DNA from: Dimargaris cristalligena
Taxonomy: Eukaryota
Reading direction: 5' to 3'
Assembly: GCA_003614675.1 (NCBI GenBank)
Contig: ML002210.1
Coordinates: 1-64,000, forward strand
DNA: 64,000 nt
The notes under the pieces were generated by a model. The model saw nothing but the letters and a program-made list of their open reading frames with translations, was not told the DNA's origin and ran no database searches. Shown here one piece after another: positions 23,915-38,196 of the stretch (within the stretch, counting starts at the first letter, position 1; the number at the start of each line of letters is the position of its first letter). Position numbers and translations under genes: made by a program.

Positions 23915-25029
23915 ACTCCCCTTTCCTCTGGCCCTTTTCGTCTGATCACACATCTCTAGTGGTGTGCTGCCTCTCTCTCGCTCTTTCTTTCTCCCTCATT
24001 CCGTCGGTCTCTACGCCCCACTCATTTTCATTCTCCTCATGGTGTTTCCAGATTTAGTGCACCTTGTGCCCTACTCCATTTATACTGTTGGCTAATTTCA
24101 TTACATAAAGTCTCTAATGACTCTTCTCCCTTCCTTTCCACCAAATCCGAATGGTGTCGAGTTTACTTTTTGTATGTTCCCTGCCCCCTCCCTTTTATAG
24201 TGTAACTTTTAAGAAGAGGCTACCTACCGGGTGAGTAACGGTTACCACTCCCGTCTACTACTGATGGGGCGTGTGGGAAGAGCAAGGGTAGGGTCCTTCA
24301 TTAGTCGATGATCACTTCCTTTTCCCCCATTCCTGAAATTTGATATAAATACGCTTACTTTTTCAACTGTTTGGCCAATTTCAACCCAATAAATCAATCA
24401 ATCGGATATCAATAATACTGCCTCTGTGTCTGTGCTGCATGCAATTCAGTTATCATTGAATCCGACTACTTATCTGATATAGGGCTTAGGCTGTTGTCCA
24501 TCTCCCCTGCCCCGCCTAGTGGTGCGATTGATGAAATAGCTGGAAAGCACAAGAAGTGAAAGGGGTTAATGCCAAATGACCCCCTCCCTGGAATGTGGAT
24601 AATGGGCGATATTATCGAAACTCGACATGCACCATCAACCTGTACTTTTTAATGAAGAACAAGCCTGCCGGCGCTTCTACTCACCCAGCTTAAAATACAT
24701 TTCTATCTTTATTGATTCATAGTTGTCGCCGATGCCGACACTAATGCACTTTATCTTTTGAATGGCCCCCATGCGTACATATAAGTCTTGATTCATAACT
24801 TTGCACTATTCGCTAACTCTTGGTGGACGTCACGGCCATTACTAGCATTGCCACAACTTTCATTGGCGCCAAGTAATCGCGCTACAGACCGCCTATACCT
24901 CGAACCAGGTCACACCAGCCCTTCCTGACAACCCTTCGATCATCGGCCTTGACCATTCCGGCCCGCTCCACCTCGGGGATTCAAATCCCATTCCTCATTA
25001 CCCCTACCCTTACACCCTACATTGACGGC

Positions 25030-26645
25030 ATGACTCGGACCAAACTACCCTTTTTTAAAACAGCGGAGCATCGCCTTCCTGTTCTAGCCCTCTACCGGAA
25101 TCTGCTTCGCTTAGCCGGCCGGTTCCGCGACGACATTGAGCAGCGCTATTTGAAATGCTGGCTGCGGGAACGCTTTCGGTTTTTTATGCACTTGGTTTCC
25201 CCTCTGCAAACCCAGCAGCGACTTCAAGACGCCCTAGAGGTATAGTAGTAGCCTTACATTTATATACCGATAATCCATAAACCCACCCATGGCCAATTCT
25301 TTCACTGCGTTTTTGTTCTGAAGTTGTAGATACCTGGCGGGCTGACCTATTTAATACGTTTATGTCTACGCCACACATGCCCACTTATATAAATACCCCA
25401 CCTCAAAAACAACCGGCTCGGCACTAAAGATTCAAGGTCGTCTATCCCGGGCTTTACAGGGGGATACCGGTGAGCAGAAATTCGTTAATGACTTAGCTTA
25501 CGGCCAATTCGGGCGGATCTACGACATCATTTACCGGGTAAGTAGCCCGCCAATTCAGTCCTCCGCCTTGCCGAGTACCCTGTCTCTATTCCGACTCCAA
25601 CTGAAGTGGCCTTCACCACTACGCGTCCCGGGCCACTAAACCTCGGTATACGCATTATTATATAACTCTGTGCCACTCATTGGGTTATTTCCCTCCTGCT
25701 GATAAATTTGATCAACTGCAGATAAAAAACTATACTAATCCGGTAAGCTTAACCACTCCTTCTCCTTGATGCCAACTTTTCGGAAAAAATACATTTCCAA
25801 AAACCATATTTGAGCGACGGTGGACTATACTTCCATCTAATGTTCACCCCTACCCATTCCTCCTCAAATACCTATCACTTAATACATATACCTGCTTTAA
25901 TGTTTACTCTTAATATAGCGCAAGCGGTGCCGCTACTTAGATGATATTCGGTCCTCGGCGGCCATTAAACGCGACCCCCACCCAGCCTACCGAATAACCC
26001 TTGATCCCCGAGTATATTCTCCCCCTGAGCGACTCACTCGAATTGATATTCTCGACTTTGATCCTCCCTATGTCCCCGATACCCTTCGAGTGATTGATTC
26101 GGTAACTGCCAATGGTTTTTACTTCAAGCGTATTAAAGATATCAAAACCCCCCGTCGACTTACAGTGCGTATTAACCGATTTAACGTCCAAAACCAGCAC
26201 CATATCACCGCAATTCAATTGTACTCTGAATTCGTTGACCACGCCCGAATGGAAGACCAGTGGTTACAATCTCTAGATCTGCCAACCGGCTATGGTAAGT
26301 CGCTAATGTTATTGCAAAGGGCTGGTTCGGAGACTGTTCATTTTTGACTGTCCAGTAGGGCACGTCTTGTCTTTTTCCACACACACATACACACACATAT
26401 TACACCACACCGGTCATAGGTCGATGTATATCATCTACTCTAGTGTGCCTTTCGATACATATCCGACTAACCCAGACTCTGCTTAATTGATTTGTACCTT
26501 TTGGGTTCGTATGTGATCAGAGCCCGTTCAGATTGAATTAGTCGACCAACTCAAAGCTGGACTCGATTATATCAAAGCGAATAACCATAGTCGGAAAGAG
26601 GACTATATTCCCTACCGGCATTTACTATACAGGGACGATTTTTAG
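25030..26645 (+). CDS. LYR-motif mitochondrial protein, 5 exons
   Basis: VLALYRNLLR..RERF. Exons 25030-25239, 25430-25537, 25722-25742, 25919-26294 and 26521-26645 join in phase. Confidence 0.72.
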
Positions 26646-28192
26646 CTAGGGTGGTATTTTGCCCGATTGGCCACTCTGAATTGTGTACAGATTCGTGTTT
26701 TTCATTGTGAATATGGGATTTGCGTGTAATATATGGAAGGTTATCCTTGTGATGATAATGTAATTGTGGGGTGGTGTTTTTTCACATGGGCGTATCCAAC
26801 ACACTACACCAGACTATTTGGAATTACTGCTTAACAAGGCATATGAGGATTGGGGCCTGAGTAGATCCGATACTAGCCTTAACTGAACCGACGAATGTGC
26901 CATTAGTAGCCGCAATCCAAATATTATATATATATATATAGAGTGAGTGAAAAACAGTTTATAAAACACCCTAGCTGACAGTTCACCATCGATCCCTGCT
27001 ACGCACTGGGATTGTTTTTATAATTTACGCGCTAGCTGTAAGCAAATGCACAGTGACTTAGTCTCTAGTTGTTTCATTAGTTTACTGTACGATGGGATGG
27101 GTAGGCCAATGTCACGTCCCACTTGGACAAAAGGAGACGTAGTAGTAACGAACGAACGGAAGGAATGTGTCCATTGAACCACAGCTCCCTCCTTCCCTCT
27201 ACACACTATTTCCATATACTTTTTTTTTTCACACACAGCTTCCGTTAGTCCTTTTGGTACCTGACAGCTGTTCGGGTATACTCAGGATAAGGGTCAGATG
27301 TCAGATACGCCGAAGAAATGTATAAAATAAGCAAGGGGGGCGCATTGTACTGTAGACGAAGAACAGGAAGTAATTATATTGGTACAATATTATGTGGTAA
27401 ATAATAACAGCCGATGCCATACAGACAGCTGCTAATAAGGAGGAATTAATGTGAACGACAAAATGAACCTGGGCTGGTGGGGGGCGTTTGTGTGGCACTT
27501 GTGGCAGTTTCTTTATGGTGTAATTTGGTGGTTTTCACGCCCAAAAGACAGATGAAAGGAGTCTAGTTTGTACTCCTCGAGTTATAGAGATGTGGTTGGT
27601 TGCTTTACCAAGGATTACCTGACTACCTGCGCATATAACTTACGGGTGTCCGTGTATGCTAATTTGCCTACCTATAAACGAAGAGCCACGGCCTGGACTA
27701 TAAAATAGTTCGCATATAATATATATATGCGCATATAAACCACCCTGCGGCAGAAAGAAGAGGCGGCGCGGTCTTTTAGGAGAGAATAAGGGACCCGCGT
27801 GGCGCGGTTGGCCTCACCGGCAACTTCCCTTTCCCCTCTTCCCCCTTTTGGCCAACCACCGCTCCATACAATAGGCAGGGCCTGGTCGAACCGAGCCTTT
27901 GAGATCCCCCATGCGTTTCCATCTGCTTCACTTTACTTCTCTTCCCTACCTCTCGCTATTTCGCTTCACCTTCCCAATCTCTCGTCGGCTCTATATTGCA
28001 CAACTCCTCTACCGGCCCGTCGTACTCTTTCCCTTCTCTGGTCTTCTTTCCATTAACCCCAAGCAGCGCCCATCTCCCCGAGAACGCACCGCGCTGACAC
28101 TGTGGCAAATTCCCTCTCTTTTCCGATTCACTGCGGTCTTCTCGGGCTTCCAACCTATTCCCGCCCTCATCCCTCCCACTTGACACTTCACC

Positions 28193-30473
28193 ATGGGTAC
28201 TAGCGACCTGGACAGGTAAGACCGCCAATACATACCCCTATGGTAGCAATCCCTACCATCTAGCTGGCATCGCGGCCGATAACTATGCCGGCCCGGACGA
28301 TGTTCGCGCTACCCTTGAATTAGCCTTAGGGAGTCCATTGCCCCTCTTATTTAGCCACTTCGCTAGGCTCTGTATAGGGGATGCGGTCCTGACAGCACTT
28401 TTATTCGCCAACTAGACCGACTCCGGCCATTTATTAATTTCATTACTTCTACTGATTTTTATTTTTTATTGTTACGACCCTATCCCCCTGATTTTACGGC
28501 CCCGCCATCCATAGACAAATCCAGTTACTGCGCAACTGCGAGATTATCACCGAGGCCGAAGTCAAAGAGCTATGCAATAAAGCCAGGGAAATCCTCATTG
28601 AAGAAAGCAACGTGCAGCAGGTGGACGCCCCCGTAACGGTAAGTAGTCGTTCCCCTTGTGTACCCTTACCCCACTCTTCCGATGAACTACCGGACTGGTC
28701 GGCCCACATTCTGGATAAACCAGTCCAGTATTAGGGTAACCTAGACCCGAGCCTATTTACTGGCCATGTCATTGAGTAGTAGTATCCTCTCGTATTCTAA
28801 ATAATGCTGCGACCCCTCCTCCCCTCTCCTGTACACCCTTTTCCGTGCCCTTTAACAGATATGCGGTGATATCCACGGTCAATTCTACGACCTCAAGGAA
28901 CTATTTCGAGTGGGTGGTGAATGCCCTGAAACCAACTATCTCTTCATGGGTAAGCCCGGCAATATGCCCCCACTACTCTGCCCAATCTGATAAGATGCCA
29001 TCGGGGACCTACTCCACCTATAGTCTCGGCAATCCTCTGGCCAATCGCGGTCCTATTGGAATACTATCGACCTTTTTTTTTTTTTGACTCACACTTTGTA
29101 CTCTGCCCCCATTACTGTTGCATACGGACTATCATTATACTGGATTGGGTGGCTTTGGTTCGCACTCGATAGGTGACTTTGTGGACCGTGGCTTTTACAG
29201 CGTCGAAACGTTTCTTCTGCTCCTCGCTCTTAAGGTTCGCTACCCCGATCGTATCACCCTGATTCGCGGTAATCACGAATCAAGGCAAATCACTCAGGTG
29301 TACGGCTTCTACGACGAGTGCGTCCGGAAATACGGCTCTGCCAACGTCTGGAGGTATTGCTGCGAGATTTTCGACTACCTAAGCCTGGCCGCGATCATCG
29401 GCGATAAGATCTTTTGTGTGCACGGTGGTCTCTCCCCCGCAATTGCCACAGTGGATCAGATTCGAACCATTGATCGGAAACAGGAAGTCCCCCACACCGG
29501 GGCAATGTGCGACCTCCTCTGGTCCGACCCCGATAGTAAGTCGATGTGCCTTTTATTTTGCGTGTATTTTCCGCCATGCGGGCACTGTGCCTTCGTCGCT
29601 ACTGGAACCGGTGCTGGACATGTTTTTGAGCCCACTGTTCTTGGCGGATATACATGTTGTCACCTCTCATGCGATGGTATGCCAAGACTCGCGTGCCGCC
29701 TATCTAACCCTATACTACACATGTATCTCACTCTACCTCCACTATTCATAATTTACCCAGATGTTGACGACTGGGGCGTTAGTCCCCGAGGGGCCGGTTT
29801 TCTCTTCGGAGACCAGGTGGTTAAGAATGTAAGTACATCGGCCGTTTTATAGTTGTCCATCTCTATACGTTTTCTATACCCTACCTAGTGGTCGTTATTG
29901 CGGGTTCACTCCCAAATTATGCTATAACCTCGACTACCCGAGGCTGCGAAACCCATACCTAGCTAGGCGCAAACCTTCCGCGCCATTTCCAGCCCCGGCC
30001 TAACTCTGGCCCGTGTATGCCCTTGGTGCCACTCTAATATATATTTAAATTTAGTTTCTGGCGGTTAATGACCTCGATATGATTGCCCGGGCCCATCAAT
30101 TGGTGATGGAGGGGTACAAGCTTATGTTCGACGATAAAATCGTTACGGTCTGGTCAGCGCCAAACTACTGCTATCGGTGCGGGAATGTAGCGGCCATACT
30201 AGAATTTGACGAGAATTTAGAACGGAATTTCAAGATATTCAATGCCACCCCTCAGGTAAGTCCGTGCATCATGGTACTTGTGCGTAGTTCGGCAACTGGA
30301 TGATCGTATTTTACAACCCGGGCATCTCTGATATACCACCCATTAACTCGCGACAAACGACTAAGTGTATCCATTTCTTTTGATTACCAATACCTGTTTA
30401 TGCTACTTTTTATTTCGCATAGGAGGCCCGGGGAATTCCCACCAAGAAACCAGCACCCGACTATTTCCTATAA
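28193..30473 (+). CDS. PPH3: Ser/Thr protein phosphatase 4 catalytic subunit, 7 exons
   Basis: [10 protein letters not shown].., [59 protein letters not shown]-terminal PDYFL. Confidence 0.92.
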
Positions 30474-32038
30474 TTATCTATAATCAGCCGATGTTTTATT
30501 TCATTTCTTTTGTGGTAGGGAAGAGAGAAGGGTTAGCCATGCTCTACACATTCCTGCGAACGGGTGTGGAGGGGATGTTTATTTATTACCTTCCTATTGA
30601 GGACAGACCAGTTCCAGTTATAAACTATATATACATTAGTGCACCGATTCTTCACGAGCTCGCTTCTCTGCTTTATTTCCTTCTCCCGTTTCTCGTTTAT
30701 ATACACACCCTGTTCGTTATACATATACGCTATCTATATTTTGATCAGTCAGTCCTAAGGGGGAGTGTCCCCCTTTCAATCGACTTATTTATGCACCCCC
30801 AGTGGAATTTCCTCTCCCCCCTGGGGTGACTTTCCTGGACTGCAGTTACTTATCTACTCTTGCCACCCGACACCACCCTCTTCTATCCACTATCCAATTG
30901 CTACTTTTTCGCCACCGTTTTTGCCAACGCTTAAAATATGAATTCCCGAATTAGCCACGTAGGGGTTATGTATTCTACTCGACGCGACGTTTGGCTTTCG
31001 TACCCTTTCCCCTTTCAAACCCAGCTTTTGCATTCTATACTCTACCCTCGTTCCCGCTAAATCAAATTTATACCCATCGATTTCACCCTACCCAACTGTA
31101 GTTAATTAGTTGGACGCGCCTCCAATGGCTTGGTATTGTATTATTCACCCGATACTAAGTATCCCCCATCTCATAATTTAGTATGGGGAGGCGGTGAAGG
31201 GGGGAGACCCCACGACTGCAAGTGTCTGAGGTTTCCTCCTGCCTCAGTGATTTTTTTTGCAGAACTCTAAGAATGGACAGCCAGATGCCTATTATATTAT
31301 ACAAAGGCATTTGTAGCACGTTACGGATGGCCGCCAACCGAGCTATTCTTCTATATTCACGAAACGCGGGTAGTGGTCACTAGCGAGACGCAAGTGGCAC
31401 ATGGCTGTAGTGCAGATGAGTCCGTCTGCCACTGAAAGGGAAGCCAGTCTATGCTTGGAAAGGCTTAGGAGGCGTTTTCCAAAGCAGCTCCGAACGGTAA
31501 GAGAGGTGCAGTGAGGCCGTGATTAATGAAATGGGAGAGCCAAGTCATCCTTTCCTTTCTTTTGCGTTCTTTGATTTTTCTGCCATTGTCCAAAGAGCCC
31601 GCGCCCTCACTCCTGGACCCTTCTTCCCCCCCTTTACTGGCAAGGAACAGCAGTGGATACCGCGACTTTTTCCACCTTTTGGTCTATTGTACTTTTTTCA
31701 CGCACCTTCTTCCAGTCTGTCCTTTTACCATTATATATTATTGTTTTTTGGTAGTGGGTCGCCGTCGCCGCTTTACTGCTTTTAGGAAAGACTATTGTTT
31801 CGTGGTACCGAATTGGACGCTAGTATATATTTCCCTTTGCCTTTTACTTTCATTCACTCGGCGTCGTCGTGACAGTTGGTCCTATTGATTTTTTTAAACT
31901 CCTTAACTGGCATTTCTTAGCGTTCCTTCCTACTTTGTTACTTCTTCAGTCGATGTGTCGATTCGCTTGACCAGCCCCATCTATACCTCCCTCCCCTTTA
32001 CTCTATTTATCCGGCCCAAAGCACCCATAGACGCCACC

Positions 32039-32737
32039 ATGTCGTTCAACATCTCAATGCCCAAAATCACCAAACAGGTGCAGCCCGACGGCCTGAACCT
32101 AACCACCGAAAATGAATCACCTCTCAGCGACTATTTCTCACTCTCGCGTACTAACCGCATGTACGCCTGCGGGGGCTGCTTCGTGCTGGGGTTCGTTCTC
32201 TGCATCCTGTCCGTCGTTATGCTCAGCTTGATGAACATGACTGGCTTCGCTATCTTCTACACCTTGGGCAACATCATAGCCCTATTTGGGTAAGTACTCC
32301 CTAAAGTCGTGCACCAGGGTCCCAGACTGGTCTAGGAATCCCACCCCCATACATGTTATGCACCCTATCCACTATTGTTGAACCTCTTGGCCTTCTTCTA
32401 TTCGGTGTGCGAACTCTTAAACTCACCTTTTTCCCATTTTGACTATGCCACTTGACCAACTACTATGGCACTATTGCCCCGGCACGCTAGCACCATGTTC
32501 CTGATAGGCCCCATGCGCCAACTTAAATTGGCGGTGCAGCCCGTACGGTTGATTGCCACCATTGTCTATGTGGTCACCCTGGCCCTGACTCTCGTTGCTG
32601 CCATTGCGCTGGACAGCGTGGTTCTTTCCATCATCATGGTGATTGTCCAGTTCTGCGCCCTGGTCTGGTACTGTGCCAGCTACGTTCCGTTCGGCCGCAA
32701 AATCATTGAGAAGACCTGCGGTGCTTGTCTTACTTAG
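32039..32737 (+). CDS. SFT2: Got1/Sft2-family vesicle transport protein, 2 exons
   Basis: Exons 32039-32289 and 32491-32737. LSRTNR, FAIFYTLGNI, TMFLIGPMRQLK, VQFCALVWYCASYVPFGR; four TM segments. Confidence 0.88.
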
Positions 32738-35460
32738 CCGGCCAACACCATGGGATTGGGTCTGCCTCCCCCCCCTCACCCACCACATCTAAGTGCGAAT
32801 TACCCACCACAAGCGACCATCGATTTGTACCACCCTCTGGGCTACTCATCATTTTATTTTTAATGTTATGGCTGTATTACAGTATCCCCAAGCGAGGGGA
32901 GGGATCCACCGGTGCCTTGGTTGGAGGGAGGGACATGCCTTTCCCATATTTTATTAGTCTGTAATGATACTAAACTGTTTGATTATTCCTTTATTTCTGA
33001 AAATAGCGCACTTCACCTAAACCCACCTTCGTTGATCACCCGGGCCTGCCCTGGGTGTAGTGGCGATGATAACCTTTGATACATTTTTCTATACAATTCC
33101 GTCCCCAATACCCAGCTGAATATAAAGTCCTGAGTGAGTAGTATAACCTAGATTATATTATTGAGGAGCAAGTGCTTGCCCCGCCAATGTGGGTAGTATT
33201 GATGCCCAAGGGATAAGACCTACTATTTCCAATCTACAAGCTAATATTGTCCTGAAAATTGGTCACTGCGCCTGTCCCACTCTAGTAATATTCCAGAAGG
33301 ACAAGCTGGAGGTTGTGTAATTCTAGTTGTGTATTGCTCTCATTACACATCACTTGGGGTATTTATCGACGTGAAATATGACTAAGTTGACCATTGGTTG
33401 GGTGGATGGCTCTCTCCCTCCCCCCTCCTTCCTCACATGGGGTAGTTTCTGGCCAGCTTACCACTCCACCTGTATCTTCCTGGCCCATTTCAAAGTCGGG
33501 CCATATCAATAGGACCTTCCTATTTTGATTGGGCTGGTTTTGGTCCATTCGTCGGGCTAGCATTTTAGACGATATATAATCTGCACAAAAGCCCCAAGAA
33601 ACAGAGGATCAGTAACTCCTCAACGGGGCACCTACCCTCTCTTCAGCCGTTCTAATAATACACCTGTTTGATGCGGTGGCTGTTAGTCTTGGCAACCCGG
33701 GGCACTCTGAGTACCAATTATACGGTCCTCATTAAAGGCACCCCTGCCTATGGCCCATGTATCCCGGTGGGTGACCCAGTCTTTAAGATGGCAGTGGCCA
33801 AGAAACAACTGACCGGGTTTTGGAATTCACCCATCAATAGCCGCCTGCGATTAGCGGAGTATACGAAAGGGCGTTGCTGAAACTCGGCAAGGATTGTGGG
33901 AGCTAAACTGGCCTTTGGTGATGATGGATCCATAATTTTGGACAATACGGCTCGTGTCACCCTTTAGTTTAAAACATGCCTCTAAGTTAGTAGGTGACAA
34001 TGCCAGCAATAAGCCAGACTCACTCTTGAGAGCCCCCCCCCCTGTTTTTAGGAGGTTTACGCTCCGGGATATGGGATGACACATCATGGCGATTGTCTAG
34101 CCTTGCAAGGGGATGGGCGTCCAATGTAATAGTGGAAACGCAAAGCCCGGGACATGTCAGCGTAGATACGCTCACAATATACGGCCAGCTAGGTTTTACT
34201 GGAACGGGCCCGGGTAGGATTTGGCATTTCAGTGAGGGTGGGGACCAGTAACATATAGTCCCAAAGACCGATTCTTTTAAGAAAAAGACCGTCATCCCAG
34301 GGACCATTGCCGTTGGTGGAATGAAGCTGGGCCGTGACGCGGCTTAATGGGAAAGTATTCTGGACCCCTAGAGCTGCGTGTCTCAAAAAAAAGGGGGAGG
34401 GGGGGTATAATGGGCCAGTCTGGGCATGTGGGGTAATAAAGGGCCGGGGGGAGAGCAGTCCTATTAACCCCACAGTCTATGGATAGGAGTGGATAGAGTG
34501 ACTTTACTCAGCATCGGCCGGCGACTCCATTTCGAGGTGTTCTATATTTACAGGCTAGGCGCCGACCTGCATTGCTCAAAAGAGAAAATAATACTACTAG
34601 AGAACAGTGAACAGTGAAAACGGATATTGATTATGCCGCTTACGTATTGCACGGGGTTTCCACCTTTATGGATATTTGTTCTACGGAACCCAGCAGATGG
34701 AAATTCCGGCCAGATCTCATTTGATTAAATTGCGTAACCCTCCGATGGCATCAGCGAAGCCTCGGCGCGACGTTTTTTGTTTATTGGGGAGGGGGAAGAT
34801 TTTTAGAAGGGAGGTTGTGCGCCATTAATTCTCGAATGCTTCCTCATTAAAACACACTCCATCTCCAAAATATACAATACAAAACTTGATACTGAAAAGG
34901 GTGGATTGGCTTGGGGAAAGGGGCAGGGCGTATTGTTAGGCTAATGCAAATCGTACACAGGTATGTCTGGACTTCATGTACACCACTGCCCTAGTTGGGT
35001 GTAGTGTAACAGATGTTTCGGCCTCCTAGATTTTGCACCACCGCTGTCCCTTCAATGACTATGGACTAGGGCCTATTTGGGCCCGAAATTAATGATGATA
35101 GGAGTGATTGATTATAAGGATTTTAAAGAATGACAAAGGTCTTCTTTCTGATCACCCCTGAACGGGCCCATCATCCCCACACCACACATTGATGCTGGCC
35201 AATACGCAAAGACGAGCAGTTGGTCCACCTCTAGACGAGGGAGACTATTAACGTATGGTTTGACATGTTGAGTGGGATCTCTAGGGGTACATCAAACCCT
35301 ACTGGGGAAATTTTAGAGAGCGAGAGCGAGAGACAGAGGAAGGGGGGCATACTCGTGCGCACCCGGATTAGCTCGTTCCTTGGCGGGCTCTCTCCGACAG
35401 TCTAAAAATGAAAAGTCCGTCCACCATCATGAAGTAATGAGGAGAGGGGGTGGAAATAAA

Positions 35461-35526
35461 TGAGAGAGGGAGAGAGAGAGGGAGAGAGGGAGAGAGAGAG
35501 AGAGAGAGAGTGTGTGTGTGTGTGTG
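35461..35526. repeat. Compound (GA)n/(GT)n microsatellite
   Basis: Read directly from the sequence. Confidence 0.9.
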
Positions 35527-37809
35527 GGCCATAATTCCTCGGCCTATAGGGCGTATCACATCCCCCCCACCAAATTTAGTAAATCCAGATGGGTTTATAT
35601 AGTCTAGAAGAGCAGAGAGCCCCCGTCAATCATCGAGATACCCGCGACAGCCACATCGGTACGGTTGGGAGGGTTTAGTGGTGCAATATTCAACCGCACC
35701 GAAAATCGGACTCCCCAAGCGAAGCCGCTAGCGAGCGAGCGAGTGAGTGAAGGATAATATGCCTATTGGTCAAGGGAAGGAAGAACAGACCCTTCCCGGT
35801 TGCCTAACGGGTGTTTTATTGGATTATTAGAGCAAAGTTTATGGTGTACCCCCCCCCCACAACCAGTGGACAGCATGTCGCCCAAACAGGTAGATCGGGA
35901 TCGGTGACGCCACACTCACCGACCAGGGTGAAAGAGAAGGAATAGAAGATCACACTCACACTGGCGGACTACCATTGCTGCGTTGAATAGGTATCTACGT
36001 TAGTTAGCCTCTTCCTCCCATCCCACCTTACTTATCTTATATCTCTCTTTCTAAAAAAATGATAATTCAATAAAATGATCGAAAAATCCCGACATTCGCA
36101 AAAAGTGGGTTTGGGTTAAAAGATAATATATATCAGAATACTATTTATCCGGGAAACTAGTATAGATGGATTGAGGTTTCTAATGAGTCACTTACATGTA
36201 TACATCATACCACTCACTCATCCCAATCACGTTCTATTTGCTGCCATGAAAAATCCGACTGCGAATGAAACGTTCATCTAGGTTAGCCAGCCTAAATAAA
36301 GCATTTTTAGTCAGCAGGCTCATTGGAACCATTGGTAGGGGTCACACGACCCTAAAAAGGCGAGTCCCACACCCTGGTGTCTGGGCCATCGTGGGTGGTG
36401 GTTGGCGTTGTGCGATTCTGGGAGGGGTTGTAAGTGCACTTTCCTAGTCACTAACTAGTGCGGGTATAACTATTAGGTGTATTATATATAAACCGTTCTC
36501 TCTATCACTCACCCGCACTGCCCCTTATCCGGCACTCGTAAAACCCTCCCTGTTCAGTGGATTAGAGGGGCGAGAAGTAATGATTAGAGAATACCAATAG
36601 TTAAAAGCTAGGCATGAGCAGCCCTTGCCGGGGTCCGTTTCGGGAGTCGTCAACGACCATGGATTGGCTTGTCCCACAGTCCACCTTTTCCGTTACGTTC
36701 GCTTCTGATGGAACAACAAACCTTTGAGCCAATACTGGTGGAAATATAACGGAAAATATCTACTATGCTTGAAATGACCCGCCCCACCAATGAGCCATGG
36801 CGGGGGCCACATCAAAGATTTCATAGGACTATTTTTCGCATGACCAAAAAAAAACCACCGCCGTACCGCCCCATTCATTAATATTTCTATTTATTTGCCC
36901 AATACAACACCACTCCTCCCCCAATGATAATAGCAATGATAATTGGCAAACCAACCCACTCGTATATCACCATCAAGGGAGGAAAAGGGAATACCACCCT
37001 CTACATAAAATGCCAGTGAATTCAGAATTACGAGAAGATGTACGGGATTTATTATGCAAATGGTGGAGGCTTTAGGATGCCGATTCGGGGCTCGACATTT
37101 AACCAGGGAGAGAGTGGGTGTATATGTAGCGCGGGAAGGTTGCCAATTTTGGAACCAGGGCGAGGGAGACGGGAATAAAAAAATTACAGGGCCAAAAGAA
37201 AAGATGTAAAGTATAAAGTAGGGGGGGCGAAGTAGAGAGGGGGAAAGAATACAAAACGGGATGGCGAATAGTGAAGACGGCCGGGGCGCGATTAAAGGAG
37301 GTTAACCATGTTCACGGTTGCCAAGAACTAACTACCGAATGGCCACGGCAAGTAGAAAGGGAAGGGGGGTCGGTAGAGCAAACGAATAGATTGATGGTGA
37401 GGGTAAGATAGGCGGTTGTATGTAAATCTAGAATATATGTATATCTATAGGGCCGGGATTGAAATTCAATTCCGAGAACATGGGGAGAAATCGAAAAAGA
37501 AGGTAGACCAACAAAGACCGTCAATGGCGAAACGGGCGATGAATGGAGCAAATTAATGAGTGGCTACGGAGTCATAAAAATACAGACACAAGGTGCGAAG
37601 GGGAAAAATTCGAAGCCAGACGGGTCGATCGTTTCGGACTCGCTCTCTCTATTTCTTTCTCTAAATTCCCTGTTAAGCAGGATGCTGCATCCCACGGGGA
37701 CTATAATTGAAGAGTAAAAAATAAAATCGAATAAAAAGAGAGAGAGAGAGAGAGAGAAAGCGCGACGAAGAACAAACCGGGGGAGCCAGCGACGAGAGGG
37801 GGGGAGGTG

Positions 37810-38196
37810 CTAGACCGCCACGTGCAACATATCGACCAGGATTTGGGCGGCCTCCATCATTTGCACCTGCTGGTGCTTCGTAAGGTTGTATTTTAGGCAG
37901 GTCTCCCAGCTTTCGTGGTGCTCCCAGCGGTGCTTGGTGAGGCAACTCCGGTGCTTGTATTTCTTGCCGCACACGGAGCATACGACAGTGGACCGGAGCG
38001 GGGTGAAGCCGTTGAAGTTTGCTGGGGGGAGTTCAGGCGAGCTGCTGGCGCTATGGGGGACGAACTCGTGGTGCCGGATATGGTGGGGTTGCTCCCGGGC
38101 GGCGCGCAGGTGGGCCTTGGACCGGTCGTCCTTACTGGAAATGGGGTCGTAGAAGTACGAGGGGGTGGGGAGGTGGGAAAGCGTGGAGTAGGCCAT
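37810..38196 (-). CDS. Small single C2H2 zinc-finger protein with a conserved KHQQVQ..EAA.IL helix
   Basis: CSVCGKKYKHRSCLTKHRWEH followed by W..LTKHQQVQMMEAAQILVDM; GC-rich coding-like composition inside non-coding DNA. Confidence 0.85.
   Translation of the reverse strand: MAYSTLSHLPTPSYFYDPISSKDDRSKAHLRAAREQPHHIRHHEFVPHSASSSPELPPANFNGFTPLRSTVVCSVCGKKYKHRSCLTKHRWEHHESWETCLKYNLTKHQQVQMMEAAQILVDMLHVAV

Noticed and set aside
23021-23953. 310-aa ORF antisense to Ran, and similar shadow ORFs over GUK1, MRPS12, BCP1 and PIN4
   Set aside because: Expected by-product of strong C/G-ending codon bias on the sense strand; no independent motifs.
33668-33967. ORF with Cys-TGA followed by more open frame (possible selenocysteine or readthrough)
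   Set aside because: No selenoprotein family similarity and no SECIS recognised; the length is compatible with chance.
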